Below are positions 31,506 through 41,195 of a stretch of DNA of 49,491 nt, in pieces. Source of the stretch: a virus. The DNA lies in IMG/VR virus record IMGVR_UViG_3300005323_000007, one strand, 5' to 3'. A program made the position numbers and the translations under genes. The stretch's first letter is position 1. Each line of letters starts with the position of its first letter. Below the pieces are notes generated by a model that did no database searches, was not told where the DNA came from, and was given only the letters and a program-made list of their open reading frames with translations.

Positions 31506-33853
31506 GCGATATTTTTGAGCGTGCAAGACCTATCGCGCTAGGCCTTATAAAAACGTGGCTCCCTGGAGGATATATACAGGGCGGCCAATGGGTAGTGAAG
31601 AATCCTACCCGCGCAGATAATAAGGCTGGAAGTTTTCTCATAAATCTCTCTACCGGGAAATGGAACGATTATGCCGACGAAGGCGGAGCGTATGGTCATG
31701 ACGCCATAAGTCTCTATGGGTATCTGAACGGAATGAGAAACTATGATGCGGCAAGAGAAATATTGAGCAAATATGACCCGTCATGGTTTCCCGGGAACGA
31801 TGACCGCGAAGATAAAAGAATCTCATGGTATCAACTCGATAGGGGATGCAAAAACGAACCGGAATTTCCGAAACGCCCAAACGAAACGATGCGCTGGCCT
31901 TTACAGATTCAATCGGGAAAAGAATGGAGAACGGTTATGATGATTATCAGAAGCCAGAACGGCGATGAGAAGCAGGATCTTCCCTGGTCGCTCTGGACTG
32001 ACGGCAAGACTATCGAATGGCGAAATAACGCGCTCAGGGATGTGAAATATCCTCTTTTCAATCTAAAAGGTCTCGCCGATTTTCCGAATGCTCCGTTTAT
32101 CCTCTATGAAGGTCAGAAAGTTCCCTCGGTCGTGCAGCCTGTCGTCGGTGAAGAATATGTCTGCATCGGATGGTATGGTGGCGCGCTGAATACCGATAAA
32201 ACCGATTTCAGCCCACTCGTGGGAAGGCATGGCTATTTCTGTTTCGACGCGGATTCACCAGGAAGAAAAGCCATATCGAAAATTGTTGATGAATATCATA
32301 TTTTTTGTACGCTGGTTTCACCCCCCGATAATGTTCCGAAAGGCTGGGATCATGCCGATGGCATAGCATCAGGCTGGACGAAGGAAGATATTATCGCGTC
32401 GCTCAAGGGAGAAACAACGTCGGTCATTCCCATGGACTGGCTTGATATAGTAGACGTTGTTGAATCTGATTCGGAGCTACCGCTTTCGCTCGATGATCCC
32501 GTTACGCCTGAAACAAAAGAACATGTACTCAGTTCCATTTTTATTCCCGCTCAGGATGGTTACAGGTTGCGGAAGGATTGGTTTTTCTGGATAGTCGATA
32601 ACGATAAAGTCATTCATAACTGCATCAAATATGACTATACCACAGGCACGAAGGCGACTGCCTATGAATCATCGGAAATATTCGATGCTAGCCTCGAACA
32701 CAGACTCGCGCTTCTTGGAGTCCCTGCGAATGTCGTTACGAAAAATATCAAGGAACGGATGTGCAATGAAATAGTGAGGGTCAATTCGAGGTACAACAGG
32801 GTCGCCGATTATATGGATAGGCTTACGGAGAAATACCCTCATGAGAAACAGAATGTGCTTGATGAATTTATGAAGATTTTCGAGTTCAATATCGAGAAAG
32901 AATACGGCGAGACGGATGATGATTATGTCGAAAGGCGAAAGAAAATTATTGGATTGTATAGAGAACTTTTCAACATCTTTTTCATACGGATGCATGCGAG
33001 AATAAACGGCACGCGGAAGAGGAGCGATGGCTCTTATAAAGGGCTTCTACAGAATGATGTCGTGCCCATATTGGAAGGCCCTCAGCAAATAGGAAAAACA
33101 ACGATGTGCCGGTGGCTTTCGTGCGAAGACGAGCTCTATGTCGATTTGGGTTCGGGCATGAAACAGGGATTCGGAGCGGCGGATACCGTCAAGAAAGTCC
33201 GGGGAAGATTGATCGCCGAAATCGGTGAAATGAAAATAATGAAGAACCCAGAATCGCTCGAAACGATAAAAAGTTTCATATCGATGAAGGCGGCGACGAT
33301 AGATATAAAATTCGTAGAGACGCAACGAGATATCCCGATGACGGTCTCATTCATTGGTACATCGAATCCTGACCAATATTTAAGTGATGAAACGGGGAAT
33401 CTGCGCTTCTGGCCTGTGAAGCTCAAAGGTATCGACAAAGACTTCATGTCGGCGAACCCTGAACTCCCGAAGAGACTCCATGCGTACTATGCGAAGTTGA
33501 CCATGAATATGAATGAAATAGATGTGTTCAATGCGTGCAAGCCGAGTGATGAATTGAATGACCTTATGGAATCCATGCGCAAGGATGCGCTCATTACCTA
33601 TTCCGACTATGAAGTATGTCTGAAGGAAATAAAGAAATGGATTCTTGAAAACGCACTGACGGGCGGTACACTCTGTCAAGCCGATGTGGAGAAGATGGGC
33701 GTGGATGATGGATACCCGACAAGAATATCGCAGAGATCGTTCAAGCGTGCGATTATGGATGCGGGATTTGTCCAGGAACGCAAGTTCGACAAGGAGTTGG
33801 GAAGAAGTATGCTTACGTGGACATATCATACAAAGGATGAAGTACCATTTTGA
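31502..33853 (+). CDS. Primase / VirE-type P-loop helicase-like replication protein
   Basis: The N-terminal segment NPTRADNKAGSFLINLSTGKWNDYA resembles a primase N-terminal domain. There is a Toprim-like middle region and a C-terminal P-loop, GPQQIGKTT. Confidence 0.6.
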   Translation: MSDIFERARPIALGLIKTWLPGGYIQGGQWVVKNPTRADNKAGSFLINLSTGKWNDYADEGGAYGHDAISLYGYLNGMRNYDAAREILSKYDPSWFPGNDDREDKRISWYQLDRGCKNEPEFPKRPNETMRWPLQIQSGKEWRTVMMIIRSQNGDEKQDLPWSLWTDGKTIEWRNNALRDVKYPLFNLKGLADFPNAPFILYEGQKVPSVVQPVVGEEYVCIGWYGGALNTDKTDFSPLVGRHGYFCFDADSPGRKAISKIVDEYHIFCTLVSPPDNVPKGWDHADGIASGWTKEDIIASLKGETTSVIPMDWLDIVDVVESDSELPLSLDDPVTPETKEHVLSSIFIPAQDGYRLRKDWFFWIVDNDKVIHNCIKYDYTTGTKATAYESSEIFDASLEHRLALLGVPANVVTKNIKERMCNEIVRVNSRYNRVADYMDRLTEKYPHEKQNVLDEFMKIFEFNIEKEYGETDDDYVERRKKIIGLYRELFNIFFIRMHARINGTRKRSDGSYKGLLQNDVVPILEGPQQIGKTTMCRWLSCEDELYVDLGSGMKQGFGAADTVKKVRGRLIAEIGEMKIMKNPESLETIKSFISMKAATIDIKFVETQRDIPMTVSFIGTSNPDQYLSDETGNLRFWPVKLKGIDKDFMSANPELPKRLHAYYAKLTMNMNEIDVFNACKPSDELNDLMESMRKDALITYSDYEVCLKEIKKWILENALTGGTLCQADVEKMGVDDGYPTRISQRSFKRAIMDAGFVQERKFDKELGRSMLTWTYHTKDEVPF

Positions 33854-33865
33854 AAGGATATAACG

Positions 33866-34585
33866 ATGCAGATTGAGCATATTGGCGACGCGGTTCTGTA
33901 TTGCGGGGATTCGCTTGAAATCCTGCCGACGCTGGGGAAGGTGGATGCTGTTATTACAGATCCACCATATGGAGAAGCAACTCATTCTGGAGCCAGATCT
34001 ATAAAAGATATATCCCATAAGTTTATCGACTTTCCTTCAATCTCTTTTGAAGAAAGTATTTCCATCACCAAAAAATTGTGTAAAATATCAAAGCGTTGGA
34101 TTGTTATGACTTGTGAATGGAGACATGCTGCAAGATTTGAAGAAGAGGGATTACCTCTTATTAGATTAGGAGTTTGGATAAAACCAAACGGGGCTCCACA
34201 ATTTACAGGAGATAGACCCAGTACTGGTTGGGAAGCAATAGCCCTTCTTCACAGAAAAGGTAAAAAACATTGGAACGGAGGAGGGCATTCCGCTGTTTGG
34301 ATACAAAATCGAATTAGCGGAGACCATCCTACCCAAAAACCTCTTTCTTTAGTTTCAGAATGGGTCAGACTATTTTCAGATTTAGGCGAAACCATCCTTG
34401 ACCCCTTCATGGGTTCTGGCACAACCGGCGTCGCCTGTGCGAACTTGGGGCGGCGCTTCATAGGAATCGAGATCGAGCCGAAGTATTTCGATATAGCCTG
34501 CGAAAGAATACGATTAGCATATGCCCAGCCCAAGCTCTTTGACGACAAGGAGATTACAGTAACGCAAGGGAGGCTTGACCTATGA
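33866..34585 (+). CDS. DNA methyltransferase, beta-class amino-MTase (paralog of 9966..10604)
   Basis: DPPYG, DHPTQKP and FMGSGTTGVA motifs. The first about 36 aa and last about 65 aa are nearly identical to the other copy, while the middle region is unrelated. Confidence 0.85.
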   Translation: MQIEHIGDAVLYCGDSLEILPTLGKVDAVITDPPYGEATHSGARSIKDISHKFIDFPSISFEESISITKKLCKISKRWIVMTCEWRHAARFEEEGLPLIRLGVWIKPNGAPQFTGDRPSTGWEAIALLHRKGKKHWNGGGHSAVWIQNRISGDHPTQKPLSLVSEWVRLFSDLGETILDPFMGSGTTGVACANLGRRFIGIEIEPKYFDIACERIRLAYAQPKLFDDKEITVTQGRLDL

Positions 34586-34830
34586 CCCCTCTTCTCGGCT
34601 GTTCAGCTTTCGAGTCTCGCGAGGTTTCCGAGATTGTCCGAGGCTGGCTCAATTTCATCAAGAATAATCGCGGATACGACAAGCTCAAAACGAATATGCT
34701 GCATCTTCTCGAACTTGCGGATGGACTTCCATTCAGCGAGGAATACATGAATGAGATGAAACGATTCATCGATACGCTTGATGATACGAAGCCGGATGTG
34801 CGAAAGGTCAAAAAATGGCTGAATCGATAA
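34582..34830 (+). CDS. Hypothetical protein
   Basis: 82-aa ORF with an ATGA overlap onto the MTase stop. Confidence 0.4.
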   Translation: MTPLLGCSAFESREVSEIVRGWLNFIKNNRGYDKLKTNMLHLLELADGLPFSEEYMNEMKRFIDTLDDTKPDVRKVKKWLNR

Positions 34831-36251
34831 AACTCTGGGACTGGCAGGAACTCACGCTCGACAAGATTCTCGACTTCTATGACCATGGCGGCCATAGTCT
34901 TCTCAGCCAGGCGCCCACGGGAACCGGGAAATCGCTCATTGCCTGCGAGTTCATCAGGCGAATGCGCGAACAGTCGAAGCCTATCTATTTCGTAACTCAT
35001 TCAAAATCGCTTCTGAAACAATTTTCCGATCATCTCACCGAGTTTGACATGTATCATGGGATTATTGCCCCGCGAGCGCCTATCCTACAATATCGAATTC
35101 AGGTCATCAGCGCCGCCTCTCTCATGCGTAGAATAAACCAGATAGATGAACCATGGGGACTTATTTTTGAGGAAGCGCATCATAGTACGACAGAGATGTT
35201 CACCCGCGTTCTCAAGGCATGGCCGAACGCTCGGCTTCTAGGACTTACGGCAACGCCTTACCGCCTTTCCGGTGAACCGCTCAGTATGTATGAATCAATG
35301 ATTACCGCTCCCCCAATGCGCTGGTTCATCGATAATTATTATCTGTCGGAATACGATTATTTCATACCGGCTGAAGTGAATACGGATGGCCTTCATCACA
35401 TCGGCGGAGATTTTAACGTCTCAGAATTAGCGGAACGTCTCAAGGCCGATAATGCCCGTATCGGGAATCTTGTCGAATATTATGAGAAGTATGCGAAAGG
35501 TTTCCCCGGAATCGCGTTCGGAACATCAATCGCCGATGCGGAAGAGATAGGCAAGCGGTTCCGTGATAGCGGATATGACATGAAGGCACTCCATTCAAAG
35601 ACGGATGGTAATGTCCAGGAACTTCTCGACGATGCCCGCGCAGGAAGGCTGAAGATGCTTTCGACCTGCGACATGATTGGCGAAGGCGTGGATGTCAAAG
35701 GTCTTACCGTGGAGATAGACGGCAGACCTACGGAATCGCTCGTCATTGATCTGCAACACGCTGGCCGTGTCCTTCGCGCACAATACGCGAAAGGCTATGA
35801 CCTATCGACCAATGAGGGCAGGAAGGCCGCCATGGAAGCCGGGGGCAAGGGCCATGCGAAGATATTGGACTTCTCGTCGAACTATCTGCGACATGGGCTT
35901 CCCGATGATGAACGGCAATGGAGCTTGAAGGGCGCTCCGAAAATCCATACGCAGAGTGCCTATAAGCGTTGCCCCTCATGCCAGCGTCCCATACCGAACT
36001 TCATGCGCGTCTGCCCTTATTGCCAATATGAGTTTCCGAGACTTGCCTCGCAATCAATGATACCTGAAGAAGTCGAAGGCGCGCTCGTTCCCATGGGTTC
36101 ACTGAGGCAGGAAGATAAAAATGGACTCGTGCTCAAGATAGCGCGAGGCGCGAATTCGCTCAGGGAAGCTATTATGATAGCGAAACAGAATGGCGCGAAT
36201 CATCAGGCCGCGTGGTATGTCTGGACGAAAATTCTCAAGAAAGAGGCTTGA
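34815..36251 (+). CDS. SF2 DEAD/DEAH-box DNA helicase with a C-terminal zinc ribbon
   Basis: Walker A APTGTGKS, DEAH-like FEEAHH, LGLTATP, a helicase C-terminal region, and CPSC...CPYC. Confidence 0.8.
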   Translation: MAESIKLWDWQELTLDKILDFYDHGGHSLLSQAPTGTGKSLIACEFIRRMREQSKPIYFVTHSKSLLKQFSDHLTEFDMYHGIIAPRAPILQYRIQVISAASLMRRINQIDEPWGLIFEEAHHSTTEMFTRVLKAWPNARLLGLTATPYRLSGEPLSMYESMITAPPMRWFIDNYYLSEYDYFIPAEVNTDGLHHIGGDFNVSELAERLKADNARIGNLVEYYEKYAKGFPGIAFGTSIADAEEIGKRFRDSGYDMKALHSKTDGNVQELLDDARAGRLKMLSTCDMIGEGVDVKGLTVEIDGRPTESLVIDLQHAGRVLRAQYAKGYDLSTNEGRKAAMEAGGKGHAKILDFSSNYLRHGLPDDERQWSLKGAPKIHTQSAYKRCPSCQRPIPNFMRVCPYCQYEFPRLASQSMIPEEVEGALVPMGSLRQEDKNGLVLKIARGANSLREAIMIAKQNGANHQAAWYVWTKILKKEA

Positions 36252-36262
36252 CATAATGTCAA
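36248..36262. promoter_or_regulatory. Palindrome TTGACATAATGTCAA (operator-like)
   Basis: 14 of 15 nt identical to the motif at 17695. It overlaps the helicase stop, 21 nt upstream of the HTH gene start. No properly spaced -10 element is present. Confidence 0.4.
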
Positions 36263-36282
36263 TTATATGAGAGGATGGAAGC

Positions 36283-36474
36283 ATGGTACGGAATGTCATT
36301 CAAGCGGACAAACTCTTGAAAGTCATGATGCGGTATAGTCTTGACGAATTCAAGGTTGCGGAACTCACGAATTCGTGCAGCCGTTCCGTCTATCGATGGG
36401 AGATAGGCGGGATACCGGTGAATAAATGGGAGCTGTTGAAACTGAAATTGGGGATAAAGGAGGTCTCGGTGTGA
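36283..36474 (+). CDS. Small HTH DNA-binding protein
   Basis: FKVAELTNSCSRSVYRWEIGGIPV looks like an HTH. 63 aa. Confidence 0.5.
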   Translation: MVRNVIQADKLLKVMMRYSLDEFKVAELTNSCSRSVYRWEIGGIPVNKWELLKLKLGIKEVSV

Positions 36475-36695
36475 GCATATGGCATTTATCGTGGATTATT
36501 CCATCGGCATTTTTTGCGGGGTTCTGTTTGGCGACACTATTCAGAAGCGATCTCGAAAAGGAACTATCGGAATGGCAGGAGAGGGCACTTTCATGGCTCA
36601 AGATATTGCATAGGCTCTATATTGTGCAAGAAATACCTTCACCTGAAGATATGAGCGATCTGGATGATCTGCTCGAAATACAAAAGGAGGACTAG
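36471..36695 (+). CDS. Small membrane protein
   Basis: GTG start (GTGA overlap) after AGGAGG. TM segment IIPSAFFAGFCLATLF. Confidence 0.4.
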   Translation: MSIWHLSWIIPSAFFAGFCLATLFRSDLEKELSEWQERALSWLKILHRLYIVQEIPSPEDMSDLDDLLEIQKED

Positions 36696-36696
36696 G

Positions 36697-36891
36697 ATGC
36701 CCGAAGTAACACTTCCGAATCATCGTGTAAGAATCAATGCCGCACAGGATGCGAAAGGATTCTACAAACTTGAAGCCACGGCTGAATTCGATACCGTGGA
36801 AGATGCCGCCAAAAACGTCGCCGACGCACTCGTTGCCGCGAACGCTTCACTCACTGCCGCTGGATTCAAGGTCATACCGAATCCAGCATGA
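36697..36891 (+). CDS. Hypothetical protein
   Basis: Trimmed to MPEVTLPN, after AAGGAGG. Confidence 0.45.
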   Translation: MPEVTLPNHRVRINAAQDAKGFYKLEATAEFDTVEDAAKNVADALVAANASLTAAGFKVIPNPA

Positions 36892-37247
36892 ACACCGCTC
36901 AGGTCAATGATTTAGCATGGAAGGCGCACCCGTGGACATATCGGAATAATCGCGGGTGCGTCAAAACCGCTCATGCGTTCATCCGGTATGGAATTCCAGA
37001 ACCGAATGGTCAGCATGAATCCGACGACGCCATGAAAGGCGGCGATCGGATAGGGTTCAGCGAAGTCGTCGTTACTCCTGATATGGTAGGAAAGACGATT
37101 GCGGTCTTTACAAATATCGAAGTGAAGGGCGAGGGTGATAGTTTGAAGCCAGGCCAGAAGAAATGGCATAATTTCGTTTTGGCCCATGGCGGTATCAGTG
37201 AAATATGGATGAATGACAAAATCATCAAGGAGCCGATGGATGTGTAG
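36888..37247 (+). CDS. VRR-NUC domain nuclease
   Basis: GGDRIGF...FTNIEVKGEGDSLKPGQKKWHNFVLAHGG fits the VRR-NUC D...E-x-K...Q..W pattern. Confidence 0.55.
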   Translation: MNTAQVNDLAWKAHPWTYRNNRGCVKTAHAFIRYGIPEPNGQHESDDAMKGGDRIGFSEVVVTPDMVGKTIAVFTNIEVKGEGDSLKPGQKKWHNFVLAHGGISEIWMNDKIIKEPMDV

Positions 37248-37318
37248 ATTACAATGGTTATTTCAATATTTTCGTTTATGGATAAAAAAGACTATCGGAA
37301 ATTTTCTTATAGCGCACC

Positions 37319-37579
37319 ATGGATGAAGTTATGAACCATACCCACAAAATAAATCTTACTCCAGAAGAAGAAACCCTTGCCGAGCTTCAAGCAATCTATC
37401 ATCATCTTTCAGGGCCATGCGCAGTTTCGATAATTTTGAAGCAATCCGCCTTTATTTCATTTTCAAGAAATCAGATTCCTGCCAATAAAAAAGACTTGGT
37501 TATAAAAGAATACCAGAGACTCCATCCGGACGCAAAAGCGCCACTGCTTTTTCAAATCCTGGGCAAATCTACAGAGTAA
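37319..37579 (+). CDS. Hypothetical protein (last gene of the plus arm)
   Basis: 86-aa ORF followed by the convergent terminator hairpin. Confidence 0.4.
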   Translation: MDEVMNHTHKINLTPEEETLAELQAIYHHLSGPCAVSIILKQSAFISFSRNQIPANKKDLVIKEYQRLHPDAKAPLLFQILGKSTE

Positions 37580-37610
37580 TAAAAAAACAAGGAGCCTCCG
37601 AAGAGGCTCC
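37580..37610 (-). terminator. Intrinsic terminator at the convergence point of the two arms
   Basis: GGAGCCUC-CGAA-GAGGCUCC, an 8-bp stem. The minus strand follows it with UUGUUUUUUU, whereas the plus-strand tail is U-poor. Confidence 0.7.
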
Positions 37611-37640
37611 CGTTACTCTTTCTACTCCTGGCAGACGAGC

Positions 37641-37832
37641 TTATGAACTCGATACCGTAGTATCGGGTGAGATGAAATAGATATTCACCGCGCTCATTAC
37701 AGCGGTTACGACCGTTACCATAATCGCAGCCCATGAGGGCGTCGAGGCAAACGTCAGCATCACTACGCCCATGACGATTGAAACTGCGCCCGATACGATA
37801 AGTCCGATTCCTTTCTTCTTCCTTGCTGTCAT
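37641..37832 (-). CDS. Small two-TM membrane protein
   Basis: 63 aa with two hydrophobic segments. It is the last gene of the lysis region. Confidence 0.45.
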   Translation of the reverse strand: MTARKKKGIGLIVSGAVSIVMGVVMLTFASTPSWAAIMVTVVTAVMSAVNIYFISPDTTVSSS

Positions 37833-37869
37833 AAAAACACCTCTCTATAGAGATAGTAGGGCATAAGCC

Positions 37870-38112
37870 CTACTTTGCGCCGGTAATAATTTCATCAACC
37901 GAACGGCCCCATGCTTCCCATTCACTCACAAGCTCCTCATAGTATAACAAAATTTGTGCCGTTGTCATATCCGCCGTAATTTCTGCGCGTTGAGGCTTCG
38001 CGGGAAGCGTAACTATCGAAGTTGTCGGCTTACTTGGCGTCTGGCACGCGAGCGTTATTGTGAGCGATAATATCAGCAACGATAGCATCATTATCCGATT
38101 GAGTTTTCGCAT
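37870..38112 (-). CDS. Outer-membrane spanin-like lipoprotein (o-spanin)
   Basis: Signal-like N-terminus ending LTITLAC, followed by a Pro/Thr-rich region. It overlaps the i-spanin-like gene by 83 nt in another frame. Confidence 0.5.
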   Translation of the reverse strand: MRKLNRIMMLSLLILSLTITLACQTPSKPTTSIVTLPAKPQRAEITADMTTAQILLYYEELVSEWEAWGRSVDEIITGAK

Positions 38113-38329
38113 TTTGGATCTTCTCCTTTACCGAATCAGCCCAATTCTTGATTGTCTCATAACCCTCGGCATATTGCTTCAATGCCGCGACATTGTTGGT
38201 CAAGGTTGTTATCTTGCTTTCATAATTGGCCGATTCTTTTTTGAGCGTCTTGTTTTTCTCGGCAAAAATGAATATGATCAAGCCTTCGACGATGACCAAT
38301 ACGATACAGGCGATAAGTGCATATATCAT
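38030..38329 (-). CDS. Inner-membrane spanin-like protein (i-spanin)
   Basis: N-terminal TM segment plus a coiled-coil-like remainder. It overlaps the lipoprotein gene. Confidence 0.5.
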   Translation of the reverse strand: MIYALIACIVLVIVEGLIIFIFAEKNKTLKKESANYESKITTLTNNVAALKQYAEGYETIKNWADSVKEKIQNAKTQSDNDAIVADIIAHNNARVPDAK

Positions 38330-38589
38330 GTCGTTGCCTCCGCATCAGGATTCAGCTTTTTCTTTATCGGCTGTAAAATGTTCTCATAGCAGAGCTGCGA
38401 AGCCGAAACCGCCATAAAGCCTTCCTTCGCCCATGTCGGAGCGATGCCCCAAAGCAAGGGAAGGCCGAAGCAGAGTATCACCTGAAGCGCAGCCCATATC
38501 TTGCCGTCGGCGTTTTTGAAAAAGCCCTTCGCAAATTGAATGATACCCGCCGCGACGAACGCGACATAGCCGATTGTTTCCCAGTTCAT
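38326..38589 (-). CDS. Holin-like membrane protein
   Basis: 87 aa with two or three hydrophobic segments. It lies between the endolysin candidate and the spanins, with ATGA-type overlaps. Confidence 0.5.
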   Translation of the reverse strand: MNWETIGYVAFVAAGIIQFAKGFFKNADGKIWAALQVILCFGLPLLWGIAPTWAKEGFMAVSASQLCYENILQPIKKKLNPDAEATT

Positions 38590-38984
38590 TCTATCCTCCT
38601 TATAATCCTTTTTGAGATAAGTTGCCCTTCAGTCACTGTACGGCTATCTCCGAGCGGATCATAGACAACATTTCCAAATCCATCTCCCGTGACAAAATGA
38701 GAATATGTCATACCCGTCGTTTTCCGTTCAAATCGAAGTATTTCAAGCTCATCCCTTGTAGGTTTATAGTCGGCATTTTCTTTTCGTATATCCCATTTGC
38801 CACCGGCAGCCAATTTTAGCACGGCGGAAGGATCATTGATGTAACAATCATCGTTAATATATTTTTTGTCAAGAGCAAGCTGAAAAAGCGAAAGCGCGGC
38901 ATAATCGGACTTTACGAGATGCAAAAGTGAAAGAAAATAGCAGCCATACTCGCCGAGCATCGCACAAATAGATTGAGTGTTCAT
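38586..38984 (-). CDS. Putative cysteine-peptidase-type endolysin
   Basis: Candidate Cys (EYGCYFLSLL) and His (TYSHFV) dyad. Its position in the lysis cassette supports the call. No lysozyme or amidase motifs. Confidence 0.35.
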   Translation of the reverse strand: MNTQSICAMLGEYGCYFLSLLHLVKSDYAALSLFQLALDKKYINDDCYINDPSAVLKLAAGGKWDIRKENADYKPTRDELEILRFERKTTGMTYSHFVTGDGFGNVVYDPLGDSRTVTEGQLISKRIIRRIE

Positions 38985-39030
38985 TTTATTCCCCTATAGA
39001 TATAGTCAGCGAGGCACAGCTCTTTCGGCC

Positions 39031-39333
39031 TCATATCGTTCCCTTGCTGATATGGTCATCGAGCTTGTCCTCGATGCGGGCGAGGGCGTCCATAATGTGC
39101 TTGATATCCGTCTGGATAGTCGCCATATTTACATCCGTCTTGCTAAGCCGCTCCTGCAAATCCTCGATGCGCTTTTTCGCGAGCAGCAATTCGTCCTCGA
39201 CCTGCCTCTGTTTTTCCTGCTGTTTTCCCTGCTGCTGCATAGCGGCCTCTTTGTACTTGTAGACTTTATAGACGGCGATCAGCACACCCAAGAGCGATCC
39301 GATACTGACCAGTGTTTGCAGATCAACAACCAT
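39031..39333 (-). CDS. TM plus coiled-coil protein
   Basis: N-terminal TM segment LVSIGSLLGVLIAVY, then a Gln/Glu-rich helix. Confidence 0.4.
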   Translation of the reverse strand: MVVDLQTLVSIGSLLGVLIAVYKVYKYKEAAMQQQGKQQEKQRQVEDELLLAKKRIEDLQERLSKTDVNMATIQTDIKHIMDALARIEDKLDDHISKGTI

Positions 39334-39336
39334 TAT

Positions 39337-39498
39337 TTACTCCTGTGTTATAAGAAATTCTGCAACCTGTGTATAAATTTCCGGATGTCTGTCTTGTGTA
39401 AGATGATATGGCACCCATTCGGTGCCATTCTCAACCATAATGACAAATGACCCATCATCGCGTTGTTCAATTTGTTCTTTATCTTGTAACCAATTCAT
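39337..39498 (-). CDS. Hypothetical protein
   Basis: Trimmed to MNWLQDKEQ, after AGGAG. It has an ATGA overlap with the fiber stop. Confidence 0.4.
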   Translation of the reverse strand: MNWLQDKEQIEQRDDGSFVIMVENGTEWVPYHLTQDRHPEIYTQVAEFLITQE

Positions 39499-41138
39499 GC
39501 TAAACTCCTTCTGTACCATACGCTTGAATTTGCCCCGTTGACGGTTAGGGTAGTCCCACCAGCACTCGTGCCTTTCTTAAGTGAGTTAATGGTCGCCCCA
39601 TAGCCGTTGACGGCCCAAATAAACGTTCCGTTTGCAGGAAGCGTGAAAGTGGCTCCGGCGGCCACATCAACGGTATTTTCATAGCCTGCAAGTGCTGTGT
39701 TGGTGTATTCAATCATGGCCGCCGCTGGTCGTGTGCCAGATGCTGCAATATTATTCTGCGTCGCTGTGATTATTTTTGCCGCTACATAAGAATAGCCACC
39801 AGAAAGTTTAGAGCCAGATAGAGTAAGTGTTGCCGACGTTGTAGCGATGGTAATGGAATTGCCAAGTTCGCCAGTACTTCTCGCTGATAGGGTAACAACC
39901 GTAGAGCTAGTGAGTACCGCCAAAACAAGCGGGTGGGCCGCTGCACAATAATAATTTGTTCCGGGGGTTCCGGTATAGTTTATGGCATATACAAGATTTT
40001 GTGCTGCTTCTGCCGCACTTGCGCCGATAAGCACTTGTCCTTCCGTAGTTCCGAGTGTAGTTTTATAGGTGTATACCTTGCCCGATATTGTTACTGTCTC
40101 TCCATCGTTTGGAGCCGTGCCATTATTAGTAATCGTCCCCCTAGCCGCGATGCCTACACCATTTGTATCGCCCAGCTGATCTGCGATTCGCGCCGCTTCT
40201 TCAGACAGCGAGCCGGCAAGGTAAGAGGAGTTACCGATCCATATCCAATCAATTTCAAACCAATCATTGGTAGTAGTATCTGATCCCAACCAAAACGCGG
40301 AGGACAACTGGTTATTTCCAGTTAATAACACAGGGCACAAAACAGCCGCGACGTTCCATTGTGTTGTTGCCTCGACTGTAATAAGCGGCGAAGTTGTTGA
40401 AAATCCACCAAAAGTAAGATTACACCTCTTCGAAGCTCTGAATTTGAATATAATTGTTTTCCCCGACATACCAGGAGAAGTAAGATTTTTTCTTATATAA
40501 ACATTATTTGTTGCACCTCGTACATATCGTAGTGCTCCATCTATAGTAGATAATGTGCCCTCTGCTATCGAGGATGACCATCCATCAAGTGTTACCCATG
40601 CATCTTGTGCATAAATAGGAGTTTCTTCATCCGGCATATTGACTTGTTTTATTGCCCCCGATAATGCACCAAGTAAACTTTTACCCTTGACACTTGTCGT
40701 AGCATCAGGAATCCATGAAACCAATTGTCCATTAGCGTCAGCAATTGGCACTTTCCCTGCCGTTGCCGTCGCTGTCGCATTGTCGGCATTGGTTTTGCCA
40801 GTAGCTGTCGTTATATTCGCCGTGTCTGCATCCGCGCTCACGGTAAGGGTCTTGCCATCTGGATTGGATATTCCCAGCGCGTCGATTGCCTCCTGTTGAG
40901 CATCCGATACGGGCTTGTCAGCATCGGACGTATTATTTACATTATTGAGGCCGAGGGCTATTTTCTGCGCGGCGGCTGTTGCCGCCTGAGTTATCGCTCG
41001 GCCAGCATCGGTCTCGGCATCGAGTATCTGCCCTGCAACTTCTGCCGCCGTCGCAAGATTAGCCATATTCGTGCCATTCAGCTTAGGCGCAGAATTATTA
41101 ACGAAATCAGGAGCAGTATAATTTACTTTCGTCGCCAT
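39495..41138 (-). CDS. Tail fiber protein
   Basis: The N-terminal segment LGLNNVNNTSDADKPVSDAQQEAIDAL and ATTSVKG are conserved tail-fiber N-terminal motifs. The C-terminal half is beta-rich. Confidence 0.7.
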   Translation of the reverse strand: MATKVNYTAPDFVNNSAPKLNGTNMANLATAAEVAGQILDAETDAGRAITQAATAAAQKIALGLNNVNNTSDADKPVSDAQQEAIDALGISNPDGKTLTVSADADTANITTATGKTNADNATATATAGKVPIADANGQLVSWIPDATTSVKGKSLLGALSGAIKQVNMPDEETPIYAQDAWVTLDGWSSSIAEGTLSTIDGALRYVRGATNNVYIRKNLTSPGMSGKTIIFKFRASKRCNLTFGGFSTTSPLITVEATTQWNVAAVLCPVLLTGNNQLSSAFWLGSDTTTNDWFEIDWIWIGNSSYLAGSLSEEAARIADQLGDTNGVGIAARGTITNNGTAPNDGETVTISGKVYTYKTTLGTTEGQVLIGASAAEAAQNLVYAINYTGTPGTNYYCAAAHPLVLAVLTSSTVVTLSARSTGELGNSITIATTSATLTLSGSKLSGGYSYVAAKIITATQNNIAASGTRPAAAMIEYTNTALAGYENTVDVAAGATFTLPANGTFIWAVNGYGATINSLKKGTSAGGTTLTVNGANSSVWYRRSLA

Positions 41139-41159
41139 GGATTACCGCCTTATTGGTCT

Positions 41160-41188
41160 ATTATAACATCGGAATAACCGTTGTTCCA
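41160..41188 (-). promoter_or_regulatory. Weak internal promoter candidate ahead of the fiber gene
   Basis: The minus strand reads TGGAAC, a 17-nt spacer, then TATAAT, about 22 nt upstream of ATG 41138. Confidence 0.3.
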
Positions 41189-41195
41189 CTCCATA

